Part shown: positions 62,113 through 64,000 of the stretch, in pieces | Layout: each line of letters begins with the position of its first letter | Numbering within the stretch: position 1 is the first letter of the stretch | Assembly: GCA_902579395.1 (NCBI GenBank) | Contig: CACHGK010000002.1 | Span: forward strand, 19,378-83,377 | Source: an uncultured Alphaproteobacteria bacterium | Lineage (GTDB): Bacteria > Pseudomonadota > Alphaproteobacteria > Methylaequorales > Methylaequoraceae | DNA: 64,000 nucleotides | Direction of reading: 5' to 3' | The notes under the pieces: model-generated | Told to the model about the DNA's origin: nothing | The model's database searches: none | The model's input: only the letters and a program-made list of their open reading frames with translations | Position numbers and translations under genes: made by a program

Positions 62113-62844
62113 ATGTCTGTTTCACTTAGATTATCACGAGGAGGATCAAAAAAGAGACCTTATTTTAGAATAGTAGCTGCTGATATAAGATCTCCAAGAG
62201 ATGGAAAATATTTAGAGAGGTTGGGAACTTATAACCCAATGATATCTAAAGACGATCCAAATAGAGTCACTCTTAATAAAGAAAGAATCAAGTATTGGTT
62301 ATCTGTTGGAGCAAAACCTACAGAAAGGGTAACAAAATTTCTGGCGAAAGAGGGTTTAGCTCAAACCCCAATCATACCAAAACAGACAAAACAAGATAAA
62401 CCAAAAAAGAAAACACTTGAAAAGTTAAAGACTAAAGAAGAGAAACTTAAAGCAAAAAAAGAAATGGCCGAGGCCTCCTCTGATTCTAAGGTTGTTGCTT
62501 CTCAAGATAATGCAGAAGAAAAACCAAAAAACGAAGCAACAGATCCAAAAACTGAAACCAAAGATCCTAAAACAGACGCTCTTGCCGAAAGCACACAGGA
62601 AAAACAAAAAACCGAAGAAGATCCAGACCAAAAACCTACTGCCTCTCAGAATGGTACGGAACAATCAGAAACCGAAGCAACAGATTTAAAAACAACTGAC
62701 CCCCAAAATACTCCTACAGCAGAGCCAAAAACTGAAGTCAAAGATCCTGAAGCGGCTGATCTTAATAAAAATACAGAGGCAAAACCAAAAATCGAAGAAG
62801 GCTCAGACGAAAAAAATACTACCGGGAATAAAAAGGCTCAGTAA
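62113..62844 (+). CDS. rpsP: 30S ribosomal protein S16 with a long low-complexity C-terminal extension
   Basis: S16 core [24 protein letters not shown]…YNP, preceded by a GAAAGGAAA ribosome-binding site. About 160 aa of K/E/T/P-rich tail follow the domain, which is about 80 aa. Confidence 0.85.
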   Translation: MSVSLRLSRGGSKKRPYFRIVAADIRSPRDGKYLERLGTYNPMISKDDPNRVTLNKERIKYWLSVGAKPTERVTKFLAKEGLAQTPIIPKQTKQDKPKKKTLEKLKTKEEKLKAKKEMAEASSDSKVVASQDNAEEKPKNEATDPKTETKDPKTDALAESTQEKQKTEEDPDQKPTASQNGTEQSETEATDLKTTDPQNTPTAEPKTEVKDPEAADLNKNTEAKPKIEEGSDEKNTTGNKKAQ

Positions 62845-62870
62845 ATCTATTTTTAACTGAAAGGGCTTAG

Positions 62871-63371
62871 ATAATAAAAAAAGATTCTCATAAAATTGTA
62901 GTTGGAAAGTTTGGAAAAATACATGGCGTAAAAGGAAGAATTTTTATATATAGTTTTCTAACCAAAAAATTTGATATTCTTAATTATAACCAATTTTTTA
63001 TAGAAAAGGATATTAAAATTAATATACAATTTACTATCAATTCAGAGAAAATACTTGGCGTTATAAATGGAATTAAAGAACCTGAAAAAACCAAGGAGTT
63101 TGTTGGAAAAAAAATATTAATAAACAAAGATAATCTTCCTAAATTAAAAAGAAATCAATTTTACTTTAATGATTTAATCAATCTCAATGTTTATGTAAAA
63201 AAAGTTAAAATTGGTAAAGTAAAAAATGTAAAAAATCATGGAGCAGGCGACTATTTAGAAGTTAAACAAAATAAGGAAGAATTATTAGTTCCTTTCAACA
63301 AAGAACATATTGAACTTATCGATTTAGAAAATGAGATAATATTATTAAACTCAGAATATTATGAAATTTAA
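62871..63371 (+). CDS. rimM: 16S rRNA processing protein RimM (start codon unresolved)
   Basis: The open frame translates to …KIVVGKFGKIHGVKGRIFIYSFLT… with a PRC-barrel-like C-terminus. There is no ATG, GTG or TTG in the first 60 or more codons, so the ORF track does not list it. Candidate starts are ATA at 62871/62874 or ATT at 62895. Confidence 0.7.
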   Translation: MIKKDSHKIVVGKFGKIHGVKGRIFIYSFLTKKFDILNYNQFFIEKDIKINIQFTINSEKILGVINGIKEPEKTKEFVGKKILINKDNLPKLKRNQFYFNDLINLNVYVKKVKIGKVKNVKNHGAGDYLEVKQNKEELLVPFNKEHIELIDLENEIILLNSEYYEI

Positions 63372-64000
63372 AATACTGACTTTATTTCCTGAGATTTTTC
63401 CAGGTCCATTGTCTTATTCTATTTCGGGAAAAGCAATTAAGAGAAAATTATTTAAAATCGAAACAATAAACATTAGAGACTTCTCAAAAACAAAATCCAA
63501 AACTGTCGATGACAAACCATTTGGTGGGGGGGCAGGCATGATTATAAAACCTGATGTTTTACAGGATTCACTTGAATTCGCAAAAGAAAATTCATTTAAA
63601 AAAAAAAAGTTAATTTTCTTAACACCGTCTGGGAAAAGATTAAATTCAAAACTAATTCATGAATTTATAAAGCATGAAGAATTAGTTATTATTTGCGGGA
63701 GATACGAAGGGATAGATAATAGATTTATTGAGTTTAATAAAATTGAAGAGATATCAGTTGGAGACTATGTGCTCTCTGGAGGCGAAATTGCAGCAATTAT
63801 TTTAATTGATGCTTGCGTAAGATTAATTCCTGAAGTATTAGGTAATAGAAATAGTTTGAATTCTGAAAGTTTTTGCAATGATTTACTTGAGTATCCGCAG
63901 TATACCAAACCCAGAGAGTGGAATGGCCTTGAAGTTCCGGATGTTTTACTAAAAGGAAATCATAAAGAAATTTCAAAGTGGAGATTGAAAAAGTCAATTA
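63360..64000 (+). CDS. trmD: tRNA (guanine37-N1)-methyltransferase TrmD (3' end outside window)
   Basis: MKFKILTLFPEIFPG…YEGIDNRFIE…VGDYVLSGGE. Its start overlaps the rimM end by 12 nt. Confidence 0.85.

Overview
By eye the window is about 30% GC (not computed) and is very AT-rich and gene-dense; I estimate more than 95% is coding. I read it as streamlined alphaproteobacterial core chromosome. The composition, the gene content and the short, overlapping or translationally coupled junctions make me suspect a SAR11/Pelagibacterales-like genome, but that is inference from the sequence alone.

I count about 70 genes. They include:
- ETF-ubiquinone oxidoreductase and a family-4 uracil-DNA glycosylase.
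- RNase HII and RNase HI.
- A mutY-PepSY-OmpR/HK operon.
- A DUF721-dsbA-smc block followed by the ATP synthase F0 operon atpIBEF'F.
- thrB, thrC, a peroxiredoxin-DsbD pair and the cytochrome c oxidase cluster (coxB-coxA-ctaB-[small ORF]-ctaG-coxC-surf1).
- tldD and pmbA, gshA, ubiA, and an LPS core block (msbA, a DUF374 protein, kdtA, lpxK).
- xseA, purD, tadA, mutL, pgi, a pair of M16 peptidases, lspA, ileS, ribF, ftsY, ffh, and rpsP-rimM-trmD.

I see no rRNA, tRNA, CRISPR array, transposase, integrase, phage gene, restriction-modification gene, toxin-antitoxin pair or other recognisable defence or mobile module. Despite the hint, I cannot honestly point to a large novel system here.

What is worth a second look is small-scale:
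- A 29-codon membrane ORF wedged between ctaB and ctaG.
- A clearly recognisable rimM reading frame with no ATG, GTG or TTG start.
- A roughly 160-aa low-complexity tail on ribosomal protein S16.
- Two Q/N/P-rich lipoproteins between lspA and the M16 peptidases.
- A terminator-like hairpin in the dapF/ffh divergent spacer.
- A secreted protein, cut off at the window edge, whose start overlaps the 3' end of the ETF-QO gene.

All functional calls come from motif recognition in the supplied translations. No database searches were run.
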